DNA of 64,000 nt from Phycisphaerae bacterium (lineage in GTDB: Bacteria; Planctomycetota; Phycisphaerae; UBA1845; Fen-1342). The stretch's first letter is position 1. Each line of letters begins with the position of its first letter. Positions 38,347 through 49,062 of this stretch are shown piece by piece. The stretch covers positions 192,001 to 256,000 of the forward strand of contig CAXXWX010000016.1 in assembly GCA_963675745.2 (NCBI GenBank). Reading direction: 5' to 3'. The notes beneath the pieces are model-generated. The model worked only from the letters and a program-made list of their open reading frames with translations, was not told the DNA's origin and did no database searches. The translations under genes were made by a program, and so were the position numbers.

Positions 38347-39603
38347 TCAGCGGATGCCGCTCACGCGTGCCGCCGCCTGGTCCAGCACGATCACGGGCAG
38401 CTCACCCTCGCCCTCCGGCAGCGCCAGTTCGGGCGGCGGGCCGGCGGTGTCGTACTTGATCTTGCCGGCCTGGGTGCCCATACCCACCAGGTTCGTCCCG
38501 GCCATGCCGCGCTCGTCGCCGACAAAGTCAATCATCTTGGCAACCACACCCAGCAGCGGCACGTCGATACTCTCCGCCCCGCACACCACCTCGCTGGCGA
38601 TCCCGTCGATCCGGGCCTTGCCCTTGTCGGTCTGCAGGTTCTCGCGCAGGAAGCTGTTGGGCGGATCGTAGTTGCTCAGCAGCTCCTGGCTCCACGCGGT
38701 GATGCAGCGCTCGGTGTTGGAGAACTTGACCTCGTTCATGTTCCAGATGTCGAACTTGGCCTTGGTGGTGTAGGGGCCTTCCGTCTCTTGCCGCAGGTCG
38801 ATCTTCATCGGCAGCAGCGTCAGATCGGTGTCGATCCCGACCACGGCGTCACCCAGATCCGGCGGGTCGGCATCCAAGGTGCTGGCGTAGAAGTCCATCA
38901 GCAACATGCTGAAGCAAGAATCGTACTCGGGTTCGCACGAGTCGCACTCGTCGCAACCAAGGTAGAGCCTGCCGGGAGTCCCGGTTACCTGGCCATGGTC
39001 CACGATCGCCGTCTGGAACGCGTAGGCGCTGTACTCCCAGGCGGACGTCAGATCGTAGTTCACGATCGCGACGTCACCCTTGAGGTGATTCCAGCGAATC
39101 TCGTTCCCCTCGCTGTTCACTGCCCACGCCAGGATGAACCCGCGCATCACGCGTTCCGTCGTGCGATCGTTGCTGGGACGCCCCGGCATGCTGCCGTTCC
39201 CGCTCGTGTCCGGGTCCAGAGCGTCGAACGGGAAGACACCTTCGGGCATCCCGCAAGCCGCACTCCAATAAGCCGGCTCGTTCGACGTCAGGGTGATAAG
39301 GTTATCCACCCAGTTGTAACCCAGGTGCTGGCGCTCATTAGCAGTCACGTCCAGCGGCGGATCACCATTGAAGAAGTACATCTGCACCATGACCCAGCCG
39401 GGGTAGTCATTGCTGAGATCGATGAAGGTGTCCTGGATCAAGTTGCCCGCAGCGTCCCAGCGGATCTCTACCTTCGGGAACACGAGCAGACTGCCTTTCT
39501 GGGAGATGTCCGCTCTGCCGTTGATCTCATCGCCCGCCCAGGCCGAACTCGCCGCGCCCAGCACGGCAACCATTAGTGCACAACCCAATAGCTTCCTCTT
39601 CAT
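38347..39603 (-). CDS. Secreted hypothetical protein
   Basis: Signal peptide MKRKLLGCALMVAVLGAASSAWA, RBS AGGAG, strong GC3 bias. Confidence 0.75.
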   Translation of the reverse strand: MKRKLLGCALMVAVLGAASSAWAGDEINGRADISQKGSLLVFPKVEIRWDAAGNLIQDTFIDLSNDYPGWVMVQMYFFNGDPPLDVTANERQHLGYNWVDNLITLTSNEPAYWSAACGMPEGVFPFDALDPDTSGNGSMPGRPSNDRTTERVMRGFILAWAVNSEGNEIRWNHLKGDVAIVNYDLTSAWEYSAYAFQTAIVDHGQVTGTPGRLYLGCDECDSCEPEYDSCFSMLLMDFYASTLDADPPDLGDAVVGIDTDLTLLPMKIDLRQETEGPYTTKAKFDIWNMNEVKFSNTERCITAWSQELLSNYDPPNSFLRENLQTDKGKARIDGIASEVVCGAESIDVPLLGVVAKMIDFVGDERGMAGTNLVGMGTQAGKIKYDTAGPPPELALPEGEGELPVIVLDQAAARVSGIR

Positions 39604-40055
39604 TGCTCCTTCCTCCTACTCATCTTGAGTCAACCGAAGACCACGCTGGGGGTAGGGGCGCTCGAACCCGGGGCGGTAACCGGAGTACAACAACCGCAAG
39701 CGCACAGCACAATGCTATCCACTGCTCGGCGCGCAACCGCCTCACTTTGCACCATTCAAGATCTGGGTGTAGCCCTTCCCGGAGCAACACCGGTGAAGAG
39801 GTCGGTGAATTGGCCCCTATCCCCTGTGGCAGCCACTTTCCGCCTCCATGGTCCTATAAAGAACCAGGAAACAGTTTATCGGATGTTGCCCACGCGAATC
39901 AAGGACCAAGGGAGGAATATTGCCAGTCCGGAGAGAATCACTGTGCGCTGAAGTGCCACTGGTTGAGAACTGATCGGAACCGCCGCGTCCGGCAGGGCGC
40001 ACGCCAACCTCTCAGGACGTACACTGCCGACCCTAAGTTCATGCCATCAGTACGG

Positions 40056-41669
40056 TTAGGTACCGCTGTAGACCGCCTGCCAGCCTGCCCAATCGGCGAG
40101 ATCCACGTCCTGGTCGTAATCGAAGTCGAAGGCCTCGCAGCCCGGAGGATAGGGTCCGGCTCCCGGTCCGGTGACGCACAAACTCCAGGCAGCATAGTCC
40201 GCCAGGTCCACGTCCGCGTCGCAGTCCGAGTTGCCGATGCCGAACTCGTAGGAGCCCATGTCCACCGCGGCGCAGAGAATACGGGCGTGACCGTCGAGAT
40301 CGGTGTCAGTAGTCACCACCGAGTCGTCACCTTCATCGATACAAGGCGAGCCCGGCTGGAGCCGCAGCCCGTCGAAGAGCGGATCCTCGTCGATGTTGGT
40401 TGCATCCGGCCAGCCGCCCGCGATATCGCTGTACGTCACCGTAACCGTGCCGCTGCCGGCGTTGATCACTTCGTCGGTGCCGCCGTCCCAGATGATGCAG
40501 TTGGTGAAGGCGGCATCGCTGTCATCCAGGTTGAACAGCGCATCACCAATATTCGCATAGTTGTTCTTGAAAGTGCAGTTGACGACCGTCGCATTGCTCT
40601 GGGCACCTCCCGCAAGAGCGGCACCGTAGCTCAGAGCAGGGTAGAGAGTCTCAGCCCGATTCCCCGTGAAGGCGCAGTTGGTGAAGGTCGGCTGGGTGAA
40701 TTCGAGGTTGCTGACCGCCCCGCCGTAACACTCGGTGATGTTGAACAGCGTGTCCACCCGATTGTACGAGAAAAGGCACCGGTCGAAGCTGGGGGCGCTG
40801 TAGCCTCCGTTGGCGACCCCGGCCCCGTAGAACTTGCAGTAATTGCCATGGAGGGTGCAGCCGATCAGCACCGCGCTGCAATCCCAGTTTCTCATGCCGC
40901 CCCCGTAGTTCTCGGCCGTGTTATCCTCTAAGGTGCAGCCGACCAACGTAGGCCGATACGCGCTCGACATCGAGTAGTTGTACATTCCCCCGCCAGAAAT
41001 GGTAGCAGTGTTGTCCGCTATAAGGCAGTCGGTGAAGGTAGCATTGGTGTGGCTGTTGAAGACTCCCCCGCCGTACTCAGCCGAGTTGTCGGTGAAGATG
41101 CAGGAGACGATGGTGGGGCTACCGCCTCCGACGTACATTCCGCCCCCAGAAAGGGAGCCGACCTCCGCCCGCCCCCCGGTAACCGTAAACCCGTCAAGCA
41201 CGGTGGCAGCGGCGCAACTCGTAGCGGTAACCACCTGGTAGCTGTCCTGATCATCCCGGGGCGCTCCGGCCTTTTCCCCGGTGCGCAGGTCTCCACTGAG
41301 GATGGTCACGCAGGCTTCGAGATCGCGCATGTCGGGCCAAGGCGCTCCCGGACCCGCGTAGCCGCCGCGCAGGGCAACGCCGCTGATCAGATCGAAGCTC
41401 GCATTGGGATCCCCACGCGTTACATTCCCTGCTTCGTCCCTGTCCGGATGATACGTGCCGCCCGCCACGCGAATTTCGTCGCCGGCGGCGGCGCGCCCCA
41501 AGGCATCCTGGAGAAACCGGAAGGAGGAAACCCAACTCGTGCCGGTGCCCCCGAGCACGCTCTCGTCGTCCACGTACCAGACGGTCTGCCCCGCGGCCGT
41601 CAATGCGGTGCAGAGAGTGCAGATCAGTCCCACGCCCGCGCATTCATGCCATTTGATGTGGTTCATCAT
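40056..41669 (-). CDS. Secreted right-handed parallel beta-helix protein with C-terminal dockerin-like motif
   Basis: WYVDD..GTSW..LQDAL; repeated C.F..N.A..GGG(M/V); SPCIDEG; DxDVDLAD twice. Confidence 0.82.
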   Translation of the reverse strand: MMNHIKWHECAGVGLICTLCTALTAAGQTVWYVDDESVLGGTGTSWVSSFRFLQDALGRAAAGDEIRVAGGTYHPDRDEAGNVTRGDPNASFDLISGVALRGGYAGPGAPWPDMRDLEACVTILSGDLRTGEKAGAPRDDQDSYQVVTATSCAAATVLDGFTVTGGRAEVGSLSGGGMYVGGGSPTIVSCIFTDNSAEYGGGVFNSHTNATFTDCLIADNTATISGGGMYNYSMSSAYRPTLVGCTLEDNTAENYGGGMRNWDCSAVLIGCTLHGNYCKFYGAGVANGGYSAPSFDRCLFSYNRVDTLFNITECYGGAVSNLEFTQPTFTNCAFTGNRAETLYPALSYGAALAGGAQSNATVVNCTFKNNYANIGDALFNLDDSDAAFTNCIIWDGGTDEVINAGSGTVTVTYSDIAGGWPDATNIDEDPLFDGLRLQPGSPCIDEGDDSVVTTDTDLDGHARILCAAVDMGSYEFGIGNSDCDADVDLADYAAWSLCVTGPGAGPYPPGCEAFDFDYDQDVDLADWAGWQAVYSGT

Positions 41670-41919
41670 TAGTAGACCTCCCGCGACCGGAGCCGATCAG
41701 GGGCCTGAGGTGACAGCCCACGTCACCCACGCGCGTTGCAGAACACGCGCCCCCTGAACTCAACTCCTAAGATCTCTAGAAGCGACAACCCCATACCCCA
41801 CGCGGAAGAGCTCCGCGTACCGGACCTCATTGTAGCAATCTGCGCCCTTCATGTCACGCCTTATTCTGTCGCCCCAGCCCCTGTGCACCGCTCACCAGAC
41901 GTAGCAGAGCGGTGCTGGC

Positions 41920-42001
41920 CGCAGATTTCCCAGATTGCGCAGATTCGCTGCCAGGTATCGAACGTCTTCCTCCTATCTGCGGAATCTGCACAATCCGCGG
42001 A
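41920..42001. repeat. Inverted arrays of 9-mer (CGCAGATTT/ATCTGCGGA-like) repeats
   Basis: gcagatttcccagattgcgcagatt ... atctgcggaatctgcacaatccgcgga. Confidence 0.6.
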
Positions 42002-42158
42002 CAAACTCCCGGAGCATCCTGTTCGACCCGGCGTGAGTGAGATTGCCCGCTCTGCCGGTATAATCCCAAGGTGATATGCCCGCGGGGCCAGCGCTTTGCC
42101 AGCAGGGGTCTAGGGCTGCTCACAGGCAGCGCGGCGACCGGACATTCGACGGACACCC

Positions 42159-42605
42159 ATGCGAAACTTCTTAACCAGGTACAAACCGGCAGCCTCGACC
42201 CGTACGCACCTGCTACTAGCAGCGCTGATGTGGAGCACGGTGGGCACGGTATTGCTGGCGTTCGGGCTGCTTTGGGTACTACGCTCGGAGCTGCCCTACG
42301 GCTGGGGATTGGTCATGTTGGCGGTCGCAGTCGGATGGACCAAGGCGCATTTCGTGCTTGCGCGCACGGCGCGGCGCGTGGCGGCGCGGATCACAACCCG
42401 GGGCGACGGCTACTGTCTGGGCGGATTCCTCTCGCCGCTCTCGTGGGTGTTCGTGCTGGCGATGATCCTGATGGGGCGGCTGCTGCGTAGCGGGTGGTTG
42501 CCGCGCACGCTGGTGGGTTGGCTCTACGTAGCTGTGGGTAGCGCGCTGCTGCTGGCGTCCCGGCTGCTGTGGCGGGCGTGGCGGCGGCAGCACCCGGCAC
42601 GCTGA
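42159..42605 (+). CDS. Four-TM membrane protein
   Basis: Four hydrophobic segments; ATG start, fills gap between genes. Confidence 0.7.
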   Translation: MRNFLTRYKPAASTRTHLLLAALMWSTVGTVLLAFGLLWVLRSELPYGWGLVMLAVAVGWTKAHFVLARTARRVAARITTRGDGYCLGGFLSPLSWVFVLAMILMGRLLRSGWLPRTLVGWLYVAVGSALLLASRLLWRAWRRQHPAR

Positions 42606-42701
42606 CGGCGCGCGTCGCCGCCGGAGAAAGCGACGGCCACCCCAGCAAGGGACGGCCGTCACCATGAGAGAAACAGTGAACTGAATCCGCGCCGCTTCCT
42701 G

Positions 42702-44597
42702 CTATGCCTCTGACTTGGCGCTTGGAATATCCTCCTGCGGAATCACCATCTTCACCTGGACCACGCCGCTGACCGTGGCGGTCTCGATGCCCAGGCCGGA
42801 GCGGTGGAAGATCTTGAGCATGCCGCTGTTTTCCGGCAGCACGCTGGCGCGCAGGTGGTAGATGCCCTGGCTCTTTGCGATCCGCACCAGCTCCTCGTGG
42901 AAGTAGGTGCCGAGCCCCTTGCGCTGCCAGTCGTCGCGCACCACGAAGGCGACCTCGGCGTCCAGCTTGGCGGCGTCGGTCAGGTAGCGCCCAACTCCCA
43001 CGATCTCCTCGCTCTCGGCGTCACCGACCACGCCCACGAGTGCCATCTCCGTGTCATAGTCGATGTTGCAGAAGACCTGGAGCTTGTTGTGAGGCATGGA
43101 CTTAAGTTGCGAATGGTAGCGCAGGTAGACCGTCTGCTCGCTGAAGGAGTAGAACATGCTCTTGATGAGCGGCTCGTCGTCGGGGCGGATGGGCCTGACC
43201 CTGACTTGGGTTCCATCCAGCAGCTTGGCGGTCGATTCGTATTGGGCGGGGTACTGCGCCCGCGGGGGCGGGAGAATCTGGTTGGCGTAGACGATGCGGC
43301 GGCGCTTGGCGGCGTGCAGCAGCTCCGAGCGGAAGTCCGGGTGGGCGATGTTGATGAGCGACATCGCCCGCTCGCGCATGGTCTTGCCGTGCAGGTAGGC
43401 CACGCCGTACTCAGTGACTACATAGTGAATGTCGCCGCGGGTAGTGATCACGCCCGCCCCCTCCTGGATGGTGGCGACGATCCGCGAGCGAATGCCGTCG
43501 GGAGTATCCGCGGTGCTGGGCACGGCAATGATGGGTTTGCCGTTCTTCGCCAGGGCGGCGCCGCGGATGAAATCGGCATGACCACCCAGACCGCTGTAAA
43601 GCTGCTGGCCCAGCGAATCCGCCACCACCTGCCCGGTCAGATCAACCTCGAGGGCGGAGTTGATGGCGATCATGTTGTTGTGCTGGGCGATAGTGAAGGG
43701 GTGATTGGTGTACTCCGAGGGGTGCATCTCAATCTGGGGGTTGCCGTCGAGGAACTCGAAGAGAGCGGTAGTACCAGCGGCGAAGCTGCCCACGATCTTG
43801 CCGGGGTGCAGGGTCTTGCGCTTGCCGGTGATCACGCCCGCTTGCGCCAGCTTGAGCACGCCGTCGGAGAACATCTCGGTATGGATACCGAGGTCGCGCT
43901 TGTCGGTAAGCAGCGAGAGCACCGCGTCCGGGATGCGCCCGATCCCCAACTGGAGGGTGGCGCCGTCGGGCACCAGGCGGGCGATGTTTGCGGCGATCTT
44001 GCGGGTGACCTCGTCCGGCTCGCCCCCCGCGGGCCATTCCAACAGGGGTTCGTCGTGCTCGATCAGGTACTTGATCCGATCCACGTGCAGGAAGGTGTCG
44101 CCCAGAGTGCGCGGCATGTTTCGATTAACCTGCGCCACTACCACCTTGGCCGACTCGACCGCGGACTTGGTGATGTCCACCGAGACACCCAGGCTACAGT
44201 ATCCCCGCTGATCGGGCGGGCTCACCATCACTAAGGCGACGTCGATCCCCAGCCGGCGACTCTTGAACAACGCCGGAAGCTGCGAGAGAAACACTGGGGT
44301 GTAATCCGCCCGGGCTTCGTTCACCGCTGCGCGCACGCTGTTGCCGATGAAGAAGGCGTTAGCGCGAAAGTTGGGGGCGAAGCGCGGGTCCGCGTAAGGC
44401 GCCACACCCAACGTCAGCACGTGCAGCACCTCCGTATCGGCCAGTTCGCCCCCCACCGACGCCAGCGCTCGCACGAGTTCCTGCGGCTCCCCGCAGGCCG
44501 AGCCCACAAACACGCGCTGTCCCGGTCTGATAGTCCTGATCGCGTCGGTCGCGGGTACGACCTTGTCCGCCCAGGTGTTGCGCCAATCGTGAGTCAT
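42702..44597 (-). CDS. Acetyl-CoA hydrolase/CoA-transferase fused to a GNAT acetyltransferase (paralog 2)
   Basis: GATLQLGIG, HTEMFSDG, GLGGHADF, VTEYG; GNAT RPIRPDD, EVAFVVRDDWQRKGLG. Confidence 0.9.
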   Translation of the reverse strand: MTHDWRNTWADKVVPATDAIRTIRPGQRVFVGSACGEPQELVRALASVGGELADTEVLHVLTLGVAPYADPRFAPNFRANAFFIGNSVRAAVNEARADYTPVFLSQLPALFKSRRLGIDVALVMVSPPDQRGYCSLGVSVDITKSAVESAKVVVAQVNRNMPRTLGDTFLHVDRIKYLIEHDEPLLEWPAGGEPDEVTRKIAANIARLVPDGATLQLGIGRIPDAVLSLLTDKRDLGIHTEMFSDGVLKLAQAGVITGKRKTLHPGKIVGSFAAGTTALFEFLDGNPQIEMHPSEYTNHPFTIAQHNNMIAINSALEVDLTGQVVADSLGQQLYSGLGGHADFIRGAALAKNGKPIIAVPSTADTPDGIRSRIVATIQEGAGVITTRGDIHYVVTEYGVAYLHGKTMRERAMSLINIAHPDFRSELLHAAKRRRIVYANQILPPPRAQYPAQYESTAKLLDGTQVRVRPIRPDDEPLIKSMFYSFSEQTVYLRYHSQLKSMPHNKLQVFCNIDYDTEMALVGVVGDAESEEIVGVGRYLTDAAKLDAEVAFVVRDDWQRKGLGTYFHEELVRIAKSQGIYHLRASVLPENSGMLKIFHRSGLGIETATVSGVVQVKMVIPQEDIPSAKSEA

Positions 44598-44603
44598 GGT
44601 TCG

Positions 44604-46763
44604 CTACTCCGCGAGAATGATCCGCGCATCCGCCACCATCGCGCCTTCACCGCGCGGGTAGACGATCAGCGGGTTAATGTCGAGTTCCTTAATCTGCGGC
44701 AGGTCGGTCACCAACTGACTGAGCCGCATGAGACAATCACCGATAGCTTCAACGTCAGAGGGCGCCTCGCCGCGCACGCCTTCGAGCAGGCGATAGGAGC
44801 GAATGTCCTTGACCATCTCCTCGGCCATGCCCGCGCGAATCGGGGCGAGCCGGAACGAGACGTCGCGCAACGCCTCGGTGTAAATGCCGCCCAGGCCGAA
44901 CATCAGCAGCGGACCGAAACGCGGATCGCGCGTCATGCCCAGGATGATCTCTTTGCCAGGGTCCAGCATCTTCTGCACCAGCACGCCCCAGATTTCGATG
45001 TCCGCTCCCAGCTTGTCCCGTACGGAAGCAACCATCTCGTCATGCGCCTGCCGCACCGCGTCCGGATCGCGCAGGTTCAACCGCACGCCGCCCACGTCGG
45101 TTTTGTGCAGGATCTTGGGGCCGGAGATTTTCATCACCACCGGATACCCGATCTCCTCCGCCGCCGCGGCCGCCTCCTGGGCACTGGTCGCCAGCTTGAA
45201 GGGCACCAGCGGGAAGCCGTAATGCTGCAAGGCCTCCAGCGCCCGCACTTCGACAAGCTGCGTCCGCCCCTCCTTCAGCTCGGAGGCAAAGAGCTGCTCG
45301 ACCTGCGCCTGCTCCACGTCGTAGCGGTGATAGTCCCGCAGCGGAGCCCGACCCCAATCCGCGAAGCGCGCCTTGGCCGCCAGCGCCCGCATGGCGTCTT
45401 CGGGGAAGGTATAAGTGGGTACCCCGTGCTTCTTGAGCACCTTCACCGCATCCGCGATATCAGCCAAGCCCATCAGACACGCCACCACCGGTTTGCCGCA
45501 GTAACTACGAGCTTCACCGATCACGTTGGCGATCTCGGTCATATCGGTCATCATCTGCGGCGTCACGATCACCACGATCTGATCGACGCCTTCATCGGCG
45601 GTGACGGCGTCCAAGGCGGCGCGATAGCGGTCGCTCTTGGCGTCCCCGATCACGTCGACCGGGTTCTTGAGGGCGGCCGTGGGCGGCAGTTGAAACTTCA
45701 GCGACTTCACCGTGTATTCCTGGAAGCCGCTCAACGCGAGCCCGTTGCGGATACAGGCGTCGGTGGCCATGATCCCCGGTCCGCCGGCGTTGGTCACCAC
45801 GGCGGTGCGCCGCCCACGCGGTAAGGTCGCGTCGGCGAAGATCTCGGCGTACTCGAAGAGTTCCTCCACCGATTCCACCCTGATCACCCCCGCCTGATTC
45901 ATGAGGGCTTCGTACACCTCGTCCGAACCGGCGAGGGAGCCGGTGTGCGAAGCGGCCGCAGCCGCTCCCTGTGCCGTGCGCCCGGTCTTGATCGCGAGGA
46001 TCGGCTTGGGATGCTTGCCGTGGGTGATCCGGTTGGCGGCCTCGATGAACGCCTGGCCAGCCGAAAGCTCCTCAATGTACATCAGGATTACGTTAGTGTT
46101 AGGATCATTCGCGAGCGAGTGCAGCAGGTCCAGCTCGCTGATGTCGCACTTGTTGCCGAAGCTGATGAAGCGCGAAAAGCCCATGCCGATGCCCTTGGCG
46201 TAATCGAGCAAGGCGGTGCAGAGGGCGCCGCTCTGGGAGATCAGCCCCAGGCTGCCGGCGGCCGGCATCTCGCGGGCGAAGGTGGCGTTAAGCTGCACGT
46301 GGGCAGCCGTGTTGATCACGCCCAGGCAGTTGGGCCCGAGAATAGAGAGCCCCTTCTCCCGAGCCAAGGCGCTCAGACGGCGTTCACGCTCAGCGCCCTC
46401 CCCGCCGATCTCCTTGAACCCGGCGGTTATCACGACGAAGTGCTTGGTGCCGTGCTCGGCCGCCTCGCAGATCACGTCCTCCACCGCGGTGGCGGGAATC
46501 ACGAGCACCGCCAGATCCACCTCATCGTCAACCTGCGAAACCCGCTTCGTGCAACGGCAGCCCAAGATGCTCTTGGCCTTGGGGTTTATGGGATAGACCA
46601 CCCCCGTAAAGCCGCCGTAGATGAGGTTGCGCGTGATGGCATGCCCGACGGAACCGGGCGTGCGCGAGGCCCCCACCACCGCCACCGAACGAGGGGCAAA
46701 CAAGGGCTCCAGATCCCGAATAGCCGCGGGAGCCTCGGCCGTGGAACTGACTACGCTGGACAT
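44604..46763 (-). CDS. ADP-forming acyl-CoA synthetase, fused alpha/beta
   Basis: VAVVGAS, GPNCLG, SQSGA, SHTGSLAG phospho-His, NPVD, HKTDVGGV, ELDINPL. Confidence 0.92.
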   Translation of the reverse strand: MSSVVSSTAEAPAAIRDLEPLFAPRSVAVVGASRTPGSVGHAITRNLIYGGFTGVVYPINPKAKSILGCRCTKRVSQVDDEVDLAVLVIPATAVEDVICEAAEHGTKHFVVITAGFKEIGGEGAERERRLSALAREKGLSILGPNCLGVINTAAHVQLNATFAREMPAAGSLGLISQSGALCTALLDYAKGIGMGFSRFISFGNKCDISELDLLHSLANDPNTNVILMYIEELSAGQAFIEAANRITHGKHPKPILAIKTGRTAQGAAAAASHTGSLAGSDEVYEALMNQAGVIRVESVEELFEYAEIFADATLPRGRRTAVVTNAGGPGIMATDACIRNGLALSGFQEYTVKSLKFQLPPTAALKNPVDVIGDAKSDRYRAALDAVTADEGVDQIVVIVTPQMMTDMTEIANVIGEARSYCGKPVVACLMGLADIADAVKVLKKHGVPTYTFPEDAMRALAAKARFADWGRAPLRDYHRYDVEQAQVEQLFASELKEGRTQLVEVRALEALQHYGFPLVPFKLATSAQEAAAAAEEIGYPVVMKISGPKILHKTDVGGVRLNLRDPDAVRQAHDEMVASVRDKLGADIEIWGVLVQKMLDPGKEIILGMTRDPRFGPLLMFGLGGIYTEALRDVSFRLAPIRAGMAEEMVKDIRSYRLLEGVRGEAPSDVEAIGDCLMRLSQLVTDLPQIKELDINPLIVYPRGEGAMVADARIILAE

Positions 46764-46889
46764 CGAAACTCACCTCTTAAGGCTGATTGCCGGTCGGCGC
46801 GGGCGCTAATTCCCACCCGCCGGGACCGGTCGACTATGTAGTTGATAGGGCCGCAAGCCGCGTCGCTGACGCAGCCACTCTTACCCTCG

Positions 46890-48767
46890 TCACTGGTTCT
46901 TCTTCGTGAAGGGGATGCGCAAAATGTAGGCGCCATCCTCCAGTTCGCTCTCGACCGGGTAACCCGTCTTATGGAAAACGCGCAACATGCCCAGGTTGTC
47001 CGCCAGCACGTCCGCGGTGAAGCCGGCGATACCGTGGGCCCGGGCGGATTCGATCAAAACCTCAATCATGTGCGAGCCCATTCCCTTCCGCTGCAAGTCG
47101 TCCCGCACCAGAAACGCCGCGTCGGCGAAGTTGGTGCGCGGGTCCTTGCGGTAATGCGCGATGCCGACGATCTGAGCTTCCTCCGTGTTGTCCGTGAGCA
47201 CCACCAGGGCCATATCCGATTCATAGTCCACCCGCAGAAACTCCTGCATATTCTGGTGCGGCATGGACTTCAAGATTCTGAAGAAGCGGAAGTGGATGGA
47301 CTCGGAGGAGAGCTTGTAGAACATGTCGCGCAACATCGGCTCGTCCGTGAGCTTGAGCGGGCGGAGGAAGTAGCGCGACTTATCCTTCAGCTCAACCCAA
47401 CGCTCCAGTTCCTCCGGGTAGACCGGGGTGCGCATCGGCAGCTCGATCTGATCGGCATAGACCAGGTTCCGCCCCTTCGCCTCCGACAGCAGCCAGGGTC
47501 TGAACTTCGGGTGGGCGATCTGGATCAACGCCAATGCCCGCTCGCGAATGTTCTTACCATGCAGATAGGCCACCCCGTACTCGGTGACGATGTAGTGCAC
47601 GTCGCCCCGGCTGGTCACCACCCCCGCCCCCTGCTTGAGATGCGGCACGATCCGGGAGAACACCTCGCCCTCGGCCGTGGAGGGTAGCGCAATGATCGGC
47701 TTGCCTCCGCGCGAGCGCGAGGCCCCCCGGGTGAAATCAACCTGCCCCCCGATCCCGCTGTAAAACATCGTGCCCAGCGAATCGGCGCAGACCTGCCCGG
47801 TGAGGTCCACCTCGATCGCCGAGTTGATCGAGATCATCTTGTCGTTCTGGGCGATGATGAACGGGTCGTTGGTGTACTCCGTGGGGTGAAACTCGATCAT
47901 CGGGTTGTCGTCGATGAACTCGTAGAGCTTCTTCGACCCCATCACGAAGCTCGCCACGATCTTGCCGGGATGCAGCGTCTTGGCGGAGTTGTTGATAACG
48001 CCTTGCTCGATCAAAGGAATCACGCCGTCGCTGAACATCTCGGTGTGAATCCCCAGGTTGCGAAAGCCGCCCAGGTAATGCAGCACCGCATCCGGAATCG
48101 AGCCGATGCCGAGCTGAAGCGTGGCCCCGTCCTCGATCAAACCGGCGATGTGCTTGCCGATGTGCTCGGCGATCTCGTCCTCTTCACCCTGCGGTGCTTC
48201 GAGCACGGGGATGTCGCTCTCGACCAACACGTCGATGTCATCCACCCGGATAAAGCAGTCGCCCAGCACTCGCGGCAGTTGCTTGTTCACCTCCGCCACC
48301 ACGATGTTGGCGGACTCAGCCGCAGCTTTGACGATGTCCGTCGAGACGCTGTAGCTGCAATAACCATATTCGTCGGGTGGGCTGACCCCGATCAAGGCAA
48401 CGTCGATCACCACCCGGCGCGAGCGGAGCAGGCGCGGAATCTCGGAAAGGAAGATGGGCGTATAGTCGGCCCGCCCCTGGGCGACGGCGTCGCGGACGTT
48501 GGGACCGATGAAGTAAGCGTTATGGCGAAAGCGACTGCCGAAGCGGGGCTCGGCGTAGGTCGCCACCCCCAGCGTGAGAATGTGCACGATCTCGGTGTCG
48601 CTCAGGTCGTCGCGGGCGGATAAGGCCGCCACCAGTGCCTGCGGTTCACCCGCCCCGGAGCCCACGAAGACCCGCTGGCCATGCTTGACGCAGGAGACCG
48701 CCTCCGCCGCGGAAACCAGCTTATCAGCATAACGCTCCTGCCACGCGGGGGATGACTTATCAACCAT
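46890..48767 (-). CDS. Acetyl-CoA hydrolase/CoA-transferase fused to a GNAT acetyltransferase (paralog 1)
   Basis: HTEMFSDG, GIGGQVDF, VTEYG; GNAT AAFLVRDDLQRKGMG. Confidence 0.9.
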   Translation of the reverse strand: MVDKSSPAWQERYADKLVSAAEAVSCVKHGQRVFVGSGAGEPQALVAALSARDDLSDTEIVHILTLGVATYAEPRFGSRFRHNAYFIGPNVRDAVAQGRADYTPIFLSEIPRLLRSRRVVIDVALIGVSPPDEYGYCSYSVSTDIVKAAAESANIVVAEVNKQLPRVLGDCFIRVDDIDVLVESDIPVLEAPQGEEDEIAEHIGKHIAGLIEDGATLQLGIGSIPDAVLHYLGGFRNLGIHTEMFSDGVIPLIEQGVINNSAKTLHPGKIVASFVMGSKKLYEFIDDNPMIEFHPTEYTNDPFIIAQNDKMISINSAIEVDLTGQVCADSLGTMFYSGIGGQVDFTRGASRSRGGKPIIALPSTAEGEVFSRIVPHLKQGAGVVTSRGDVHYIVTEYGVAYLHGKNIRERALALIQIAHPKFRPWLLSEAKGRNLVYADQIELPMRTPVYPEELERWVELKDKSRYFLRPLKLTDEPMLRDMFYKLSSESIHFRFFRILKSMPHQNMQEFLRVDYESDMALVVLTDNTEEAQIVGIAHYRKDPRTNFADAAFLVRDDLQRKGMGSHMIEVLIESARAHGIAGFTADVLADNLGMLRVFHKTGYPVESELEDGAYILRIPFTKKNQ

Positions 48768-48982
48768 AGCCGGACTCCTTCTGACGCACTCCCAAACCGC
48801 GCCTGCCGGCGAGTCACCGCCCGCCCTCAGTAGCTCCCCCGGCGACCGACGAGGAACCCTCCACCCACGGGTATCCGTCAGATAGGAGAGGCCGTCAATG
48901 ACCCACTAGCCGGAGCCTGCTCCATGCAGCACTCCGGAACCGGCCCAAGCACGTCGCCCCACCCCCGCCCTGCAGCGCTATA

Positions 48983-48998
48983 TGCAATCGGCATACCG
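48983..48998 (-). promoter_or_regulatory. Possible sigma54 promoter for the CoA-transferase/ACD operon
   Basis: Minus strand CGGTATGCCGATTGCA = GG-N10-GC with TTGCA, about 215 bp upstream of 48767. Confidence 0.4.
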
Positions 48999-49062
48999 CA
49001 CCCGCCCGATCCACTCCCAGATCGGAGCGGAGGGTCACGCTTTCCCCCGGCGGCGGGGATAC

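Noticed and set aside
39645..39685. CTCGAACCC as a tRNA T-arm on the minus strand
   Set aside because: No cloverleaf or acceptor stem could be built; no tRNA or rRNA gene was recognised in the window.
37423..40931. 717-aa and 451-aa plus-strand ORFs
   Set aside because: Antisense to der and to two secreted-protein genes with clear signals.
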